DNA of 64,000 nucleotides from Oculina patagonica (Eukaryota): NCBI RefSeq assembly GCF_052425735.1, contig NC_135771.1, positions 5,022,001 to 5,086,000 of the forward strand, read 5' to 3'. Shown piece by piece: positions 35,901 to 48,783 of this stretch (position 1 is its first letter; each line of letters starts with the position of its first letter). The notes under the pieces were generated by a model. It saw only the letters and a program-made list of their open reading frames with translations, ran no database searches and was not told where the DNA came from. The position numbers and the translations under genes were made by a program.

Positions 35901-37896
35901 GGAGGCGAGAATGATGAAAATTATGTTACTGTCAGGCCTGTAGGAATGAATTTGAAAGTGAGGGGGCCCAAAGGTTATCATGGGTGGTGGTGTATTAGAA
36001 TAGGCCATAGGTTCATTCCTTAAGGGGTCCGGGGGCATGCTCCCCCCGGAAAATTTTAAAAACTTCGACACGTTCAAATGCGATTTAGTACATTTTTGAA
36101 CACATTCTAAAAGAGTGAAGCCACAAATTCGCTTTTATTAGAACTTTACGCTTCGAGCAACCAAACAAATACACGTGACAAACAAAACAACTAAGAGCGC
36201 ACAATGGAAGACACAATGGACCCCTCTAACGTGGATCAAATATTCTAAGTCCCCTTACTGAGATGCAATATGCAGACCGTAAACTCTTCTTTACAGACCG
36301 TAAGTTGAAGTTTACAGACCGTTACGGTACGAACTGTACGAAATGAATCCTACATCACGGACCGTTACAATGCGGGTGTATTAGACAACCCTCACTTAAT
36401 TCTTCTCATTCTTGGAGCATCTTCTGGCAGTAGCAAGTAAATAAATTACCTTTATTTAGACACAGTAGAGCTTAAAGCTGATTTCCAGTCCGTACTGCGC
36501 AGACTCAGGGTTTGTTTACGTTTTTGTTTTGAATTCGTTGAAACGTTACACTTCGGTGACAGCATACATGACGGTTTTTTAGTCCGCCATTACAGTTCGT
36601 TTCGTTCAAGATTTCCGATGAGCTGAAAAGTCGGTTTGAAATAGCGTCAAGGTTCTTTTACTCGTTATTATTTGTTCTGCAAGGATATCTGGCGTTAATA
36701 ATGAAGAAAAAGGTAAGTTTGTCGGGGAATTTTTAGTTTTGCTTGTAAACATTCCCTTCGTGTGGGCTCACATAAACATTGCAGCCGAGATTGCGCAGTA
36801 CGGACTGGAATTCATCTTTAAAGCTAGAAGCTTTATATGGGACTGTGTATTCCCGATCGAATTGGAGTTTGGAAGTGTTGATAATTATTTTCCATCTTTG
36901 AATTTTTTTCTACAGGAGATATTTGAGTTGGTTCGATTCCCGTGTATTAAAAAGGAGTATTTAGAGAACGTGGCCTTGAAGGATGAGCTTGTCCTTAGTG
37001 AAGAGAACTGGAAGAAGCTGGTAGAAGACGCCGTAACTTTCTTGTCTTCTCCATCAGGCAACAAGATAATAAATGCCACAAAACGAAAACCTCCCAATGT
37101 GCTTTATTTGATTGGAGAATTGTCCAGTCGGATTGAGACTTTTGACTTAGACAGCTATAGCTGCAAACCTGTTGCAGGCATGGCGCTTAGGACAGGAAGC
37201 GCCGTGGTAATCAATGATGAATTACATGTTGTACTGGGAGGCGGAACGCGCGTGGAAAAGTTTGACTCCAAGCTCAATGCTTGGGTCCAGGTTGGAAATG
37301 GGTCGAAAGAAAACGACTGTGCTGTCTGCGAGAGCATAGGTTCTATTTATGTGGTTGGCGGTGGAAAGCGCGCGAAAAGCTTCGACCTCGCCACGCGCAC
37401 GTGGCACACCCTTCCAAAGATGAGCATGCGTAGAAGCTTTCACAGAGCAGTTGGACTCCTGGGAAAGGTTTACGCCATTGGTGGAGTTACAGTCCCAGGG
37501 GACCAAACTGTAGCCTCGGTTGAATGTTTTAATCCAGCGAATAACCGCTGGGAAGCAGTTGAGCCGATGAAGACAGGACGCTTTCGTCACGAGGCTGCAG
37601 TTATGAACAATAAAATTTTCGTCGTAGGCGGACTTGATGAGCGAAAAGGCTCTTTAAAGTCCGTAGAAGTTTTTGATCCAGTGGCAAACACGTGGAGTCT
37701 CATTGCTTCAGTGAACCACCCGCGCCGTGACTTCGGTCTGGGAGTTATTGAGGATATGATGTTTGTGTTTGGAGGCGGAGGAACAAATACCATCGAATGT
37801 TATGACAGCAATTCTAATGAGTGGAGCATTGTTGGAAGTCTAGCGATGAGATGGAACACTTTCCGTTGCGTATTGTGTCCTTTCTTTCAGATTTAA
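32945..37896 (+). CDS. Kelch-like protein (BTB-BACK-Kelch, probable CUL3 adaptor), ~544 aa; exons 32945-33598 and 36916-37896
   Basis: BTB LCDITLKV...AHRVVLAACSPYFRAM, BACK NCLGI...EEDVFEAVIRW, then phase-0 intron GTATGT...TTTCTACAG, then VRFP and Kelch repeats (YAIGG, SVECFNP...W, FVVGG, FVFGG). Confidence 0.92.
33702..34196. mobile_element. hAT-like MITE (8-bp TSD)
   Basis: CTCATTAG|TAGGGGTGT...ACACCCCTA|CTCATTAG; internal ATCGCAATAG repeats. Confidence 0.9.
34206..34370. mobile_element. Short MITE CAGTGG(T/C)GGATC...GATCCGCCACTG; second copy at ~43217-43397
   Basis: TIRs visible; both copies share the internal GGTCTGGATG...CTGAAGGTCTGGAT motif. Confidence 0.75.
34832..35767. mobile_element. 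Kolobok-like non-autonomous element, family C
   Basis: TTAA|GGTCGCGGGGA...TCCCCTGCGACC|TTAA; the empty site is preserved in the neighbouring duplicated unit (~34640-34698). Confidence 0.85.
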
Positions 37897-39205
37897 CGAA
37901 ACAAAAAACACTTGAAGAGGAAAAAAAATTGAGTTGTCTGCTCTGGTTGAGAAATGTTTGAGCCCGCGGTTCTCGACAGCGATGTTGCCAGGCAACAAAT
38001 AGAAATAAGGGTTATAACTATAACGTCGACACCAAAGGCAACATTTAACTGAATTTAAATTTCACTTAGTATCTCGCAATTATATATCCATTAAGTTTGT
38101 TTTGCGATGTCACAGCTGTCTTACAACTAAATATGTGAAGACAACGTTTAAGTTCAAATAATTACATCAGAAGAACTCCGTCCAAATTCTAACTCGCAGA
38201 ACTAGCGGTTTTGTGAGGTTATCAAGAAGTGTACAATTAATCACATGTACAGCAGCCCTTCTCGTTGCCATGGTTTTGCTTAACCTACGTTAGACCTAGC
38301 TAAAGCATATGTCACCGACGATTCATTTTGTGTTCTAGTAAATGTGTAAATTCAAATAAATGTATTTTTTTATTCAAAATAAATGATAGCAATCAGTAAA
38401 GGAGGTGACGGTAGATGGCCCAGTAATATTCATGTCATTTGATATGATTCTGTGAATTCTAAAAATTCGTAATACTTTCCTATTTTGATCAATCTGTTTC
38501 TCCTTTACCGCACTCTCCATATTCCAATTTTTTTTAACCCCAGACTTCCAGACAACGAGCATGGTCCTCTCTCTTCTCAACGCTATATAAAGGGTTTCAA
38601 CTCCCTTTTGCTACATGTAGGGTTCCTTCTGCGGCGGAAGCGATTTTATGGAAACCAACTGCAACACTTTCCAGATTATTACCGGTATATAATTCTTCAA
38701 TATCCTGACGAGTAGCCTTTAGACTATGAATTACAGCTTGTGAAAGACTTCATCCTAGCTGTCGGTTCCATGAAAATTGATGTCCAGAATCAAACGGAAA
38801 AGAAGGGTTAATGAAGTGCGTTATCGATGTCGCGAAATATTTAGATTTGTAACAAGCTTTATTTGCGCAAAAACTCACTAGGGTACTAGACTATCTTCAT
38901 TTGCGCGTCTCTATTTTTGCACTCGATGAGGTGGCTGCCACAAAATTTTAATTTTACATATCACATTAAATGCTCAAAGGAAAGATACTTTGCATAAAGT
39001 TTAAATAGATTATTTTAAGGTAATGTACACTTTTCACCTGTTCCTTTGGTGAAATCAATTAGATGCGAAAAGGAAAACATTTCATTTTAAAGCACTGCTG
39101 AGCTATTTGGCAGCAACTAAAATGTGAACCATAAGTTTACATAGTAGACCCAAAAAATTCTTCCGAAAATAGAGCCCTTGGGCTTGAATTTAGAAAGATA
39201 TATTA

Positions 39206-39372
39206 CAGTTGAATCCCGATAACTGGAACCGTCAATAACTCAAACCTCCCGCTATCTCGAACCATTTTCGATTCCACGCCAGGTCATTTTTCACTCATTT
39301 TACCATCAATATCTCGAACTCCCGAACCTTTTTCGATTTCCCTTGAAGGTTCGAGTTATCGGGATTCAACTG
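39206..39372. mobile_element. Tc1/pogo-like MITE (TA TSD)
   Basis: TA|CAGTTGAATCCCGATAAC...GTTATCGGGATTCAACTG|TA; related copy at 45643-45825. Confidence 0.88.
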
Positions 39373-40701
39373 TACCTTATTGTTACGTATTTTGACGGGA
39401 ACTTAATTTCGCGAAAATGGAACGGGTAAATTTCGCGGGACTGACTTGATTTACGCCATTTGGCCGAAAAATACGTTTGAGACATAAAAAGTACAATAAA
39501 AACGTTAAGAATAAATTTTCGCGGATCTTTAATTTCGCTTTAACAATAAGGACTTTTCCAAATATAAGCCATAAGGTCCCTATTGAAAAGCTTGTTTCGT
39601 ATTTTAAGTCGTTATAGATTATGCCCAGAGGTCTCCAATGTTTGTTTCACGACTGTAGGACTTGTTTTGAGCTTCATATCATTACGTTAAAGAACGTTTT
39701 GCCATATGGTATTCTTGTAAGCACCCAGAAAAACATTTCCAGACACAGTATCCTGTCCAGCTAGAGACCCAAAGAGTTTTGAAACGCAAATTTCCATCCG
39801 AAACCTGTTTAGTCCCTCGTATATAAGCTCTCTCCGCCCATCTAAAAGTGGAGTTGAGCAAATTAAATCCCAGAGCTTTTCATAGTATTACTGTAAAAAG
39901 AAATTTCATTTCTATGTTCATTATGCTGCCAATTTCGTTTGTTGGACATCGTCCATTTGCTTGCTTCGTTTTTAGCTTTGTTACGAATTTTTCACTGGCC
40001 CGCTGTACAGCTAAACAAAATTGACTTCTTTGTTTTATCAACGCTGTTATTACTTTACTCATTTTTTTGTCATTGTTTTTTTTTTTTTCAATATTTCGGT
40101 GTACGCGTAAATTGAATTCGCTGTGTGGGGAATAAAAAAAACGAATATTTTATTCATATCACCGTATTTTGACTACATTATTTCTTTAGTTAAAACACTA
40201 AAAACATAGGCCATTAATCACTGAAAATGTGAAATGCATAAAAGCAATAATTAAGTAAGCAAATTTCATATTGACGAATGATCGTTGAGGTTTATCACTT
40301 AGCCTGTCAAAGCAAATGAATCGTCTTTTGTGATTCCGACAGATGATTTTCTTTGAAGCTTCCGACCTATACATAGACACAAAATAATAAAGTTACCGAC
40401 GCTGTTTGTTTTCAATTTACCTGGCAAATCCAATAGTTAACAATAGCCAAGCCGCAATATTAAAATTTCATTGGGGATTTCCTGCCAGGTCGATATTCAT
40501 TTACCGAAAAAGAAAACATAAATTAATAATTGGGACTGCCAAAGGAGACTAACTAAATCGTACAATTTTCGTGGATAATAGTATTTGCTTACTGGATGTT
40601 GTACGAAAATTTGAAGCCAGGTGCGGCATCCCCACTACAAGGCATCGTGTTTTCCAGTGTAATTAAAAATTTACTCTATTTGGACTTCTGTACAACTTAA
40701 C

Positions 40702-41553
40702 ATGTCCGTGTGGTTTTGGATCATTTGCTGGATCATTTCTACCATCGCAATTGTTGGAAATGGAACTGTAATTTATGTCGTCTTAACAAGAGAAACGCTT
40801 CGAACAACGGCGAACATTTTTATATCATCCTTGGCGTTCTCCGACCTGGGCGTCGGGTTTTGTGCTATTCCGGGTTCGTATTTTGCAGAGCATTTATCAA
40901 ACGAGTCGGCAATGGAAGGGATTGACTATCTACACTCTATCTTCTTTACCGCTTCGGTGCTTAACCTATGTATGATGACAGTCGATCGCTACATCGCTAT
41001 CGCTTTTCCATACAAGTATCTATCACTTATGACTCGTGGACGCGTGGCCTTCCTAGTATCTTTCTCCTGGTTGATACCTATTTTAACAAGTTTAACACCA
41101 TTGCTGTGGATAACAGCCGACCAGGAACAAGCTGAAAAAGCAAATAGTATTTTCTACCCAACTATATCTCTCTTTTTTGTTTTGACTTCGTATGTAATCC
41201 TTATACCAGCTACACTACACGTTTATCTCATCACAAGAAGACACTTCCATCGCATAACCGCTGTAAATCAACAGCTCAAATTTAACCACGGACGACTTCA
41301 GATAAGCTTCCGTGCTATGGACACGTCGTCTTCCAAGTTGCTCATGATCGCTGCCATTGTGTTTATATTTTGCTACTCGGCACAACTCTCACAAGAAATA
41401 TGCGACCTTTGTGCTGACTGTTCGTCTTTTCCAGACCTTACTGTATTTTTACTGTTGCTTAACTCCGCGATAAACCCGTTTGTCTACGCTATACATAAGA
41501 GGGACATCAAAAGAGAGTTAAAATGTTTATTTGAATCTTGCTGCAGTTATTGA
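40702..41553 (+). CDS. Intronless class A (rhodopsin-like) GPCR, orphan (283 aa)
   Basis: Seven hydrophobic segments with GN (TM1), SLAFSD (TM2), DRY (TM3), W (TM4) and NSAINPFVY (TM7), then helix 8 and C-terminal CC. Confidence 0.93.
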   Translation: MSVWFWIICWIISTIAIVGNGTVIYVVLTRETLRTTANIFISSLAFSDLGVGFCAIPGSYFAEHLSNESAMEGIDYLHSIFFTASVLNLCMMTVDRYIAIAFPYKYLSLMTRGRVAFLVSFSWLIPILTSLTPLLWITADQEQAEKANSIFYPTISLFFVLTSYVILIPATLHVYLITRRHFHRITAVNQQLKFNHGRLQISFRAMDTSSSKLLMIAAIVFIFCYSAQLSQEICDLCADCSSFPDLTVFLLLLNSAINPFVYAIHKRDIKRELKCLFESCCSY

Positions 41554-43593
41554 CTTTGGTTGTCCACCTGCTGGTAAATAAATATGATATTGCATGGTTG
41601 CGAAAAAATACGAAGTTTATTTTTAAGTGACAATTGCTAATGAAGGAGATGTTGTTTCTTCTTATAAAATATGGAGAACGTTACATCTTTACGCCAACTG
41701 GCAATATTTGTAAATATTCTGTTAATTATTTGTCCGTCCTTGGATTTAAAATTGCTGCATGGAGTTACCAAATTGCCATGACAACAGCTTACGAAGCACA
41801 CTGACGTCATAAAAGGAATCAAAGTAAATGTTATGATTTCATGGTGGCAAATTAGCGGCCAAGAATGATTTTACCAGAAATTAAATTGCCTTCGATGCAG
41901 CCTAGACTACAAGCCGTTGCTGTTTTACTTAATAGGTCGTCAATTAAGGCAAGAAAAGAAAAACCGAGGGGAAATGGGGCAGACTTATTTCTTTACTTGC
42001 TCGACTATCTCAACCTTGTCCCAAGGGTTTTATATCGGCGTTGCTTGTCAAGATGGCCGCTGGTCCTTTAAGCCTGGTTTTCACTAGCGACGCAAGCACA
42101 AACACAAGCATAAGCGCAATCACGCAAAAAGGACAAATTTTGATCCTTGTTCTTGTGCTTGCCGAAAGCACAAGCAAAAAACTGCAATGCACTTGTGCTT
42201 TTGTTTGAGTCGAAGCCGTTTTCACTGTGAAATAAGAAATGTTATATATCTAAAAATAGTGCAAATGAGAATATAACTACCAACAGGCTCAGAAAACATC
42301 AGCGTGTTCTGAGAGAAATAGAGGGAATCTAGGCGAAGTTTTCGTTTTATGTAAGAGTTTTAGGAACACCGGCTGTTTTAGAAAGTGTTTTAGGAAAGTC
42401 GTCCGCCATTTCGGTTTGTTTGTCTGAGTCTGAGTCGTTTAATAAATTCTTAAAACGCCACGGCGCATTAATTGAAAAATATGGCGCTTCGATAAGTGAG
42501 TTAAGTTCGGTAGATTTCATTGTTAAAAATCATAGAAGTATCCTTTGCTTGTTGGTAGTTTTTATATCTTTTTAATAATCCTGGTTCAGGGGGCCCCCCT
42601 GTCTTAGTTTCTCTGTTCACGCACTGTTTCATCTCACTATTATGTAGGTGCGCGCGCTAGTCTTGTGCTCGTGATATCATGCGCGCGCTTTGTTTAATTT
42701 TATTTGAGGTGTGCGCTTAGTTCTTAATTCAGTAACGGTTTGTTCTGCAATTGGTATAAGATTTAATGGAGCCGAAACCAATTGTGGAATTGTACGCATT
42801 TTAGGAATCCTACTGATGAACGGTTATGGCAATTAGATATTTTCAGGAGCGTCATTACGTTCATGGTCTGTCCCCTTAGAATTAAATGTATGAGTCGTGA
42901 CGTCAATCGCGCGCTTTGCTGATTTCTTTCAGTCTCTACTTAGAACGGTCGTGACTAAAATGGATAGTCCAAAATCATAAATCCGCTTGGAGACTGGAAC
43001 TCATTTCTGCATATTGTGCTACCCTTACCAAGAAAAGCTAACCGCAAGCAAACCGGAGTCGAACTAAAAGCGCAAGCAAACCAGACTACAAGTAACCGCA
43101 AGCACAACTGCAGTGCTTGGGTTCCAGTCTCCCAGCAGATTTCTGTTTTAAATAAATACCAATACAAAATTTGGGGCATCCATTAGCAATCCCTTGAAAA
43201 ACAACCCCAAGAGCTCCCGTGGCGGATAAAGGGGAGGGGCCCGGCCCCACCCTTAGCCCCCCCCCCTTATTTTAAGAACAAATAGAGGCCCGAAAGGGCC
43301 GAAAAAAAAGTTCTTTCGAGAGCGCCCCCCCCTTATTCTAGGGTCTGGATGATCACCCCCTCCCCCCCCCCCATCTGAAGGTCTGGATTCGCCATTGATA
43401 GATGAAGTCTTCGTTGAATCTCACCAATTGATGAAATATTGTGTTGATGAACCACGACATTCTCATAACGTTCATTATAAGAAATGGGTGTCAATATGTA
43501 AGGAGTATTTATATTTTAAATCTTAGTAAAAAAAACTAAGCAAAGTGACGCAGCAGTTCGAACAAACGCTCTTTATTGACATTTATTGCTATT

Positions 43594-45919
43594 CTATCCC
43601 GACTTCTTTTTCTTGCTTAACTTCTTGGCACTTTTGTCCCGAGACGCCGACACACTTTGATATATCGATACGGCGTTGTTATCCTCTGAACCACAACACC
43701 CGAAGCCATCACAGGCTTCACCCTCCTCACCGATATTCCCGGGGCACTGGGTGTCGCATTGATCATTCGCCAGCTTATCGGAGGGAAGGTTGTTCAAACA
43801 CAGGCAGCGGTCAGCAACGGTGGCAGCATAGGTGATGTCTCTCTCCTCACAGTAATCTAAGCAGACGGCATTGCCGTTATGAGGATCGTTTCGACTCTCT
43901 GCTGGATCAGCTCCACTCACTGTGAAGCAACCTTTGTGAACGATAATGTTTCCAAAGCTTCCAAAGTTTCCAAAGTCCCCGCTTAAGGTCACGTGATCAT
44001 CCGAATGGCGATCTTGAGGAAGTTGAAAAAAATTTGAATTCAAAGTAAAAAATTCATTCTAATATAACCATAGGATATTTATAAATGGTTGTTTGCAAAG
44101 GGGGCTTGAACACTCTATCATAGAGTTTTCTAAGTTTTCAGCTCACAATGATTGTGAGCTGAAAACTTAAAATATGCCACGATGAAATAATCATTTGCTC
44201 AGTTAGAAAACATAGCAAAAAAATAGTAAATAATAAAGATGGTAAATTTTAAGCTCGGTGATAAATAATATAGATGAAGTATTCAACATGACACGAGCAT
44301 GGGACAAAGAAAAATTCTGAGTCCCCGACGGGAATCGAACCCATGGCCTCCCAGAATACCGGTTGGGCGCTCTAACCAACTGAGCTACGAGAGACTCGCT
44401 GTGAGCTGGGTCATTTTACTTGGTTGATAAGTGACACGCGTCCTGCATACTGCTAGGATCAGCAATGTCGAATTCATCAAGTTTGTAGTAAATAATAAAG
44501 ATGGATAAGTAGTTTCTGACCACTTTTTGAAATAAATTCGATTCTGACGGCGCGACACAACTCAGGTCTCCGTGATTACATTGTTTAAATTGGTAAGTGT
44601 TTTAGTCTTATTCTTCAAATGATAAAATCGGCCGTTTGATTCACTGACGTAGTCCTTACAAATTCAACTTTAGGATGTTAAGAAACACGAAGGTTCACGG
44701 ACAACACATCTTGAAAAAATTGGCAAGTTTTTTTAAGTTTCTCATTCGTAATCCGTCTTAATCTTCGTCAGTCGAAATCATCCTTGGTTATTATTGGCTT
44801 TTTATTTCTTCGTTGGTGTTTTTCTACCTTTAATAGAAAACTATTATTTTGAGGTTTCCTTCAATTTGAAAGTAATCAGAAGAATGACTTAAAATGCCAT
44901 GACATAGCTCCTTTAAAACTGGCGAAGAGCTCTAATATAAATGAATTGAGGAAAAATCTTGGATTTAAGACATGGAGGGAGGCAGAGGTCAATGCCAGAG
45001 ACAGAGTGGGGGAGACGGATCAATGACCCCATTCCCCGCGAGGAAAAATTAAATAAATCGATGATGACGTTGTAACATCGAACAACAGTCTAAATAAAGC
45101 TGCAAAGTTGAAATATATAATTGCAAAGTGCTTAGAACCTTCGTGTTTCTCAGAACGTTGTTAATTAAAACTCGCAACCCGTTTACCTTTCTTATCGGCG
45201 TTTCTGTGTGGAACTAGTTTTATCGTCTGAATCACCGTCACCGCATTGTTTTTCACAGAACCGCAGCAATCAATTTCCTTACAAGATTTTCCTTCAGCCT
45301 GTACTGGGTTTGGACATTCAGTTTTACATTTGTCTTTAGGAAGGCGTCGCGTGGGACGATTCTTTAAACAGAGACATCGCTCGCCAATGGTAGCAGAATA
45401 GTTCGTCGCTGCCTCGTGGCAAAAGTCACTGCACACGTTGTTGTTATTCTGGGGGCCGGTCCTTTCTTCTGCTGGTTTTCCGCTCAATTCAAAGCAGCCT
45501 TCGTAGAGTAAAAACTGTCCCCAGTTTACAGGGACGTGATGACTTGACTGCTCCTTCTTTTCAGAGGGATGACCTGAAATAACCAAAAATTCAAATAAGC
45601 AATTTTTACCCTGAAAATGAATATGGACGAAAAATTCATATACAGTTGAATCCCGATAACTCGAACGCTCAAGTGAAATCGAAAAAGGTTCGAGATATCG
45701 GGAGTTCACCGGAGTTATCGAAGGTAAAATAAGTGAGAAAACGACCTGGAGGGGAATCAAAAAAGGTTCGAGTTAGCGGGAGCTAGGTTCGACTTATTGA
45801 GGGTTCGATTATCGAGATTCAACTATATGTGTACCTTTCTTTCCATGGACGAGATTCCCACAACCAAATAACAACAAATTTAAGGCCAAAAATAGCATAT
45901 GGAACTGTGAAACCATCAT
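43594..45919 (-). CDS. Secreted protein with two WSC (carbohydrate-binding) domains, 296 aa; exons 45835-45919, 45187-45573, 43594-44012
   Basis: Signal-peptide exon MMVSQFHMLFLALNLLLFGCGNLVHG; two phase-1 introns; each WSC has (Y/H)xGCF...CxxxC...YxAT...RCLC...CxTxCP...CCGS; AATAAA at 43572-43577, 17 nt after the stop. Confidence 0.88.
44224..44504 (-). mobile_element. tRNA-derived repeat (pseudo-tRNA core 44319-44397) between 19-bp direct repeats
   Basis: Minus strand has A-box TAGCTCAGTTGG, B-box GGTTCGATTCC and an acceptor-like GAGTC/GACTC stem, but a non-canonical anticodon arm. TAGTAAATAATAAAGATGG occurs at 44224-44242 and 44486-44504. Confidence 0.75.
45643..45825. mobile_element. Tc1/pogo-like MITE in WSC-gene intron 1
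   Basis: TA|CAGTTGAATCCCGATAA...TTATCGAGATTCAACTA|TA; same family as 39206-39372. Confidence 0.85.
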
Positions 45920-48783
45920 TTTGAACTCTAGGACAGTTGATCTTTTCTCTTTGTGTGTGAAGATAAAGTTGACTGGTGAATTGCGAGAAGTCTTTGTAAT
46001 GAGAATTATTTTGCTATTATCACCCTTTCATACCTTATTTTGTTACCAGCAAACAATATGACAGAGATATGAACAATTAATACAAGAATAATGCAAATAA
46101 CAGGTTGTATTTTGTGTAGTTGTCACAGGAGTATTACAGTAAGTTATGAATCTGACTTGTTTCTTTGTTCGTCTTTAATTTATTTTATTGTGTGCGACGG
46201 GTTTTGTTTCGTCTGTCAGATTTTCAAGTAATGCAGTCGAACCTCCCGTAAACAGAGTCTGAAACACGGCTGGAACCTTTTAAAATTGCCTTTTAATATT
46301 GCAGCAGTTGTCTGAAGGTTGCATTTTGCGTTGCCTTCCGCTCTCCCAATTTCTATCAGATTCTCCCGATTTATCATGAAATTCTGAAAACAAGGAAAAA
46401 AATGCTAATCTTTATTACTTTTTGTGCGATCTGAGTGTAACAACAGTAAAGAAAAAACCAAAAATGTCTGTGTAAAGAATGAAGACCTTATAGAGTAACT
46501 CAGAAGTGATATCAAAATTCCGGAAATGGCACTTTAGAGAACCTAAATTTGCAAAATTTTTCCGGGGAAACATGCCCCCAGACCCCCCTAGAGGCTTGCA
46601 CCTTCAGCGTAAAAATACTCCCTATTTTCCTTCGAAGAGGGTTGGAATCTCTAATGTCATGTGGAGATCCTGATTCCTCCTGTTTGTGTCCAAGTCAAAT
46701 GGTTGCTTAACAGAACCTAAAAACCATCATATCAGCCCTAAAAGTGATCGCTGTCGCCTACAAGTTAGAAGTTCTTAGGACAGGAATCCGACTGTAACGT
46801 CTGATTTGACAAGCAAAATTTTGGTGTTTTGGGAAAAGCGGCGATTTACACCGTACAGTGGGGTTGGGGGTGGGGTGGCTGGGGTGCTCGTGCCCAGATC
46901 TCACACGTTCCTCCAGCGCGCGTGCTGCACTCTGGGAAGTGTCGAAGCAAACATGGGAAAATGGCGGAAAGTTTGAAGCGAGCACGAGGCAACTTGGTGT
47001 TAGGTGAGGTCCGCATTAGACTGCAGGTGAATGATTTGTTCGTTTGGTAACTTTTAACTTCTTACTTGTTAGATGGGTAAAGAAAAAACACAGCTCCTTC
47101 TGGTGATGAGCAGCTGGGTGACATGGCGGAAATTTCAAGCAAACACGAGGACAATAATTGTGAACTTTAGGTCAGTCTGAAACGTTGTTTTCCAGAACGC
47201 TATTTAATAAGTTTAATCCAATGGATAAAGAGGCATATATCTACAGTAAAAAGGAAAGAATAATACGAACTTTAACTTGAAACAAAGGGAAGGACTATTA
47301 TTATTTTTTGAGGGGGGTGGGGGGGGGGGGCAGTGTTGGGCAGTGTTAATGTTTTTTCCCATGGTTCTCATTGCATTGTAGCCTTTTCTTTCTTTCTTTC
47401 TTTCTTTTTTTGTGCAGGAATTTTCTTTTTTGGGAAATAGCCCTTATCATGGTTTTCGATGCCATCTTGACCAGTAGGCAAAGCGGTTAGGCATTACAGT
47501 GTTTGTATGGGAATCCAACGGCATTCTATTAGGCCTGAGCACAGTATCACTGACAATTGTGTCTAAATTTTTTTATTTCTTTTTTTAGCAGGTGGAGACA
47601 AACTGAAGTACTTCAAGAAAACACAAGAAGAGGACATCGTGCATTCAGTAGCTTATTCTAGATTGATGATTTTATTGCAATCCAGGACCCAGGTAAACAC
47701 TTGTGTTCTTATGCATTGATCAAATCAAAACTTAACCTGGCTCCTTGGGGGAATCCCCCTAGGGCACCAAAACAACAAAACTTTCAACAAAACTGGTTCC
47801 CTAAAGTCATAAAGAACAAAACTAATGCCTGGCCCGTAGCCATCACTTCCCTATATCTTGCAAACAACATTTGAAAGCTCGGCAAACTGACACAAATTTC
47901 ACTAAACATAGATGGATTGAAAACCACTTCCCAAAATTCTTAACTGAAACAGCAACATCCAATGTTGGTCAATCAAGTCATGATGACCAGAGACTCAAAA
48001 CAATCTACTGACCTACATTTGTATCACTTGATCTGAAGATTGCTTCCAGTTTGGTAGTCACAAATGACAACAAAATTAATTTTCTCTTGCCTACTCTTCC
48101 TGGGCAAACACACTAACTAGTGAACTACTGAAACAGTTGATTTCAAATTACTGTTTTTACTTTTGTTTATCGCAAATCAAAATCTTATATGTTCACTGTC
48201 AGGGAAATTTCAGGGATTTTTTGACTTTGTGGGTGGCAACAAGACAGCCTTTTTTTCCTTCGGAGCATCTCTAAACTAAGCAGAGTAACTTGTTCCCCTG
48301 TCCCAGGTTTGCCCAGGTTTAGAAGTTTTGAATTGATCATTGCATTGTATGATGTAAACCAAGTTCTGCTTTAGATTTTGCAAGACCACAGACATGGTAT
48401 TAAATTTGAAATTATTTTAAAATATAATTGGTTCCTAAGTAAATTGACTAAGGTTTGCAACAATTAACAAAATGGAAGTGGATAACACGTTTCTCCTTTT
48501 TTGTATTCTATAAATTAAACATGTTACTGTATTTCCTCTGTTCAACCTCTGAGGGACTTATTACAAATAAATTTTTGGTCACCCTCAGCTGATACCCAAG
48601 GGAAGCTTTTCAGAAGAAGGTCTATTAGATGGAAGCCCAGGGGGTTCACTTCTGTTTTACACTCATTAATTTGTGCAACCCTGAAATAGGGAAGGGTTGC
48701 GAGTTAGAAGGGAGTCTTAAATTAAATATTTCTGAGTCAAAGTTCTGTAATGACACAAAATATACATGTACCACTGTTTGATA

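Noticed and set aside
36739-36915. N-terminal extension of the 385-aa Kelch ORF as a separate gene
   Set aside because: Intronic sequence upstream of the acceptor at 36915; the Kelch exon joins the BTB-BACK exon in phase 0.
44319-44397. Functional tRNA gene
   Set aside because: The anticodon arm cannot form a 5-bp stem with a 7-nt loop, and the unit is embedded in a repeat.
45574-45760. N-terminus of the 199-aa ORF
   Set aside because: Runs through intron 1 and a MITE; the real start is the signal-peptide exon 45835-45919.
47850-48130. Possible second Penelope/hammerhead remnant (CTGAAGATTGCTTCC...); similar relic around 1390-1860
   Set aside because: Too degenerate; the catalytic core is not intact.
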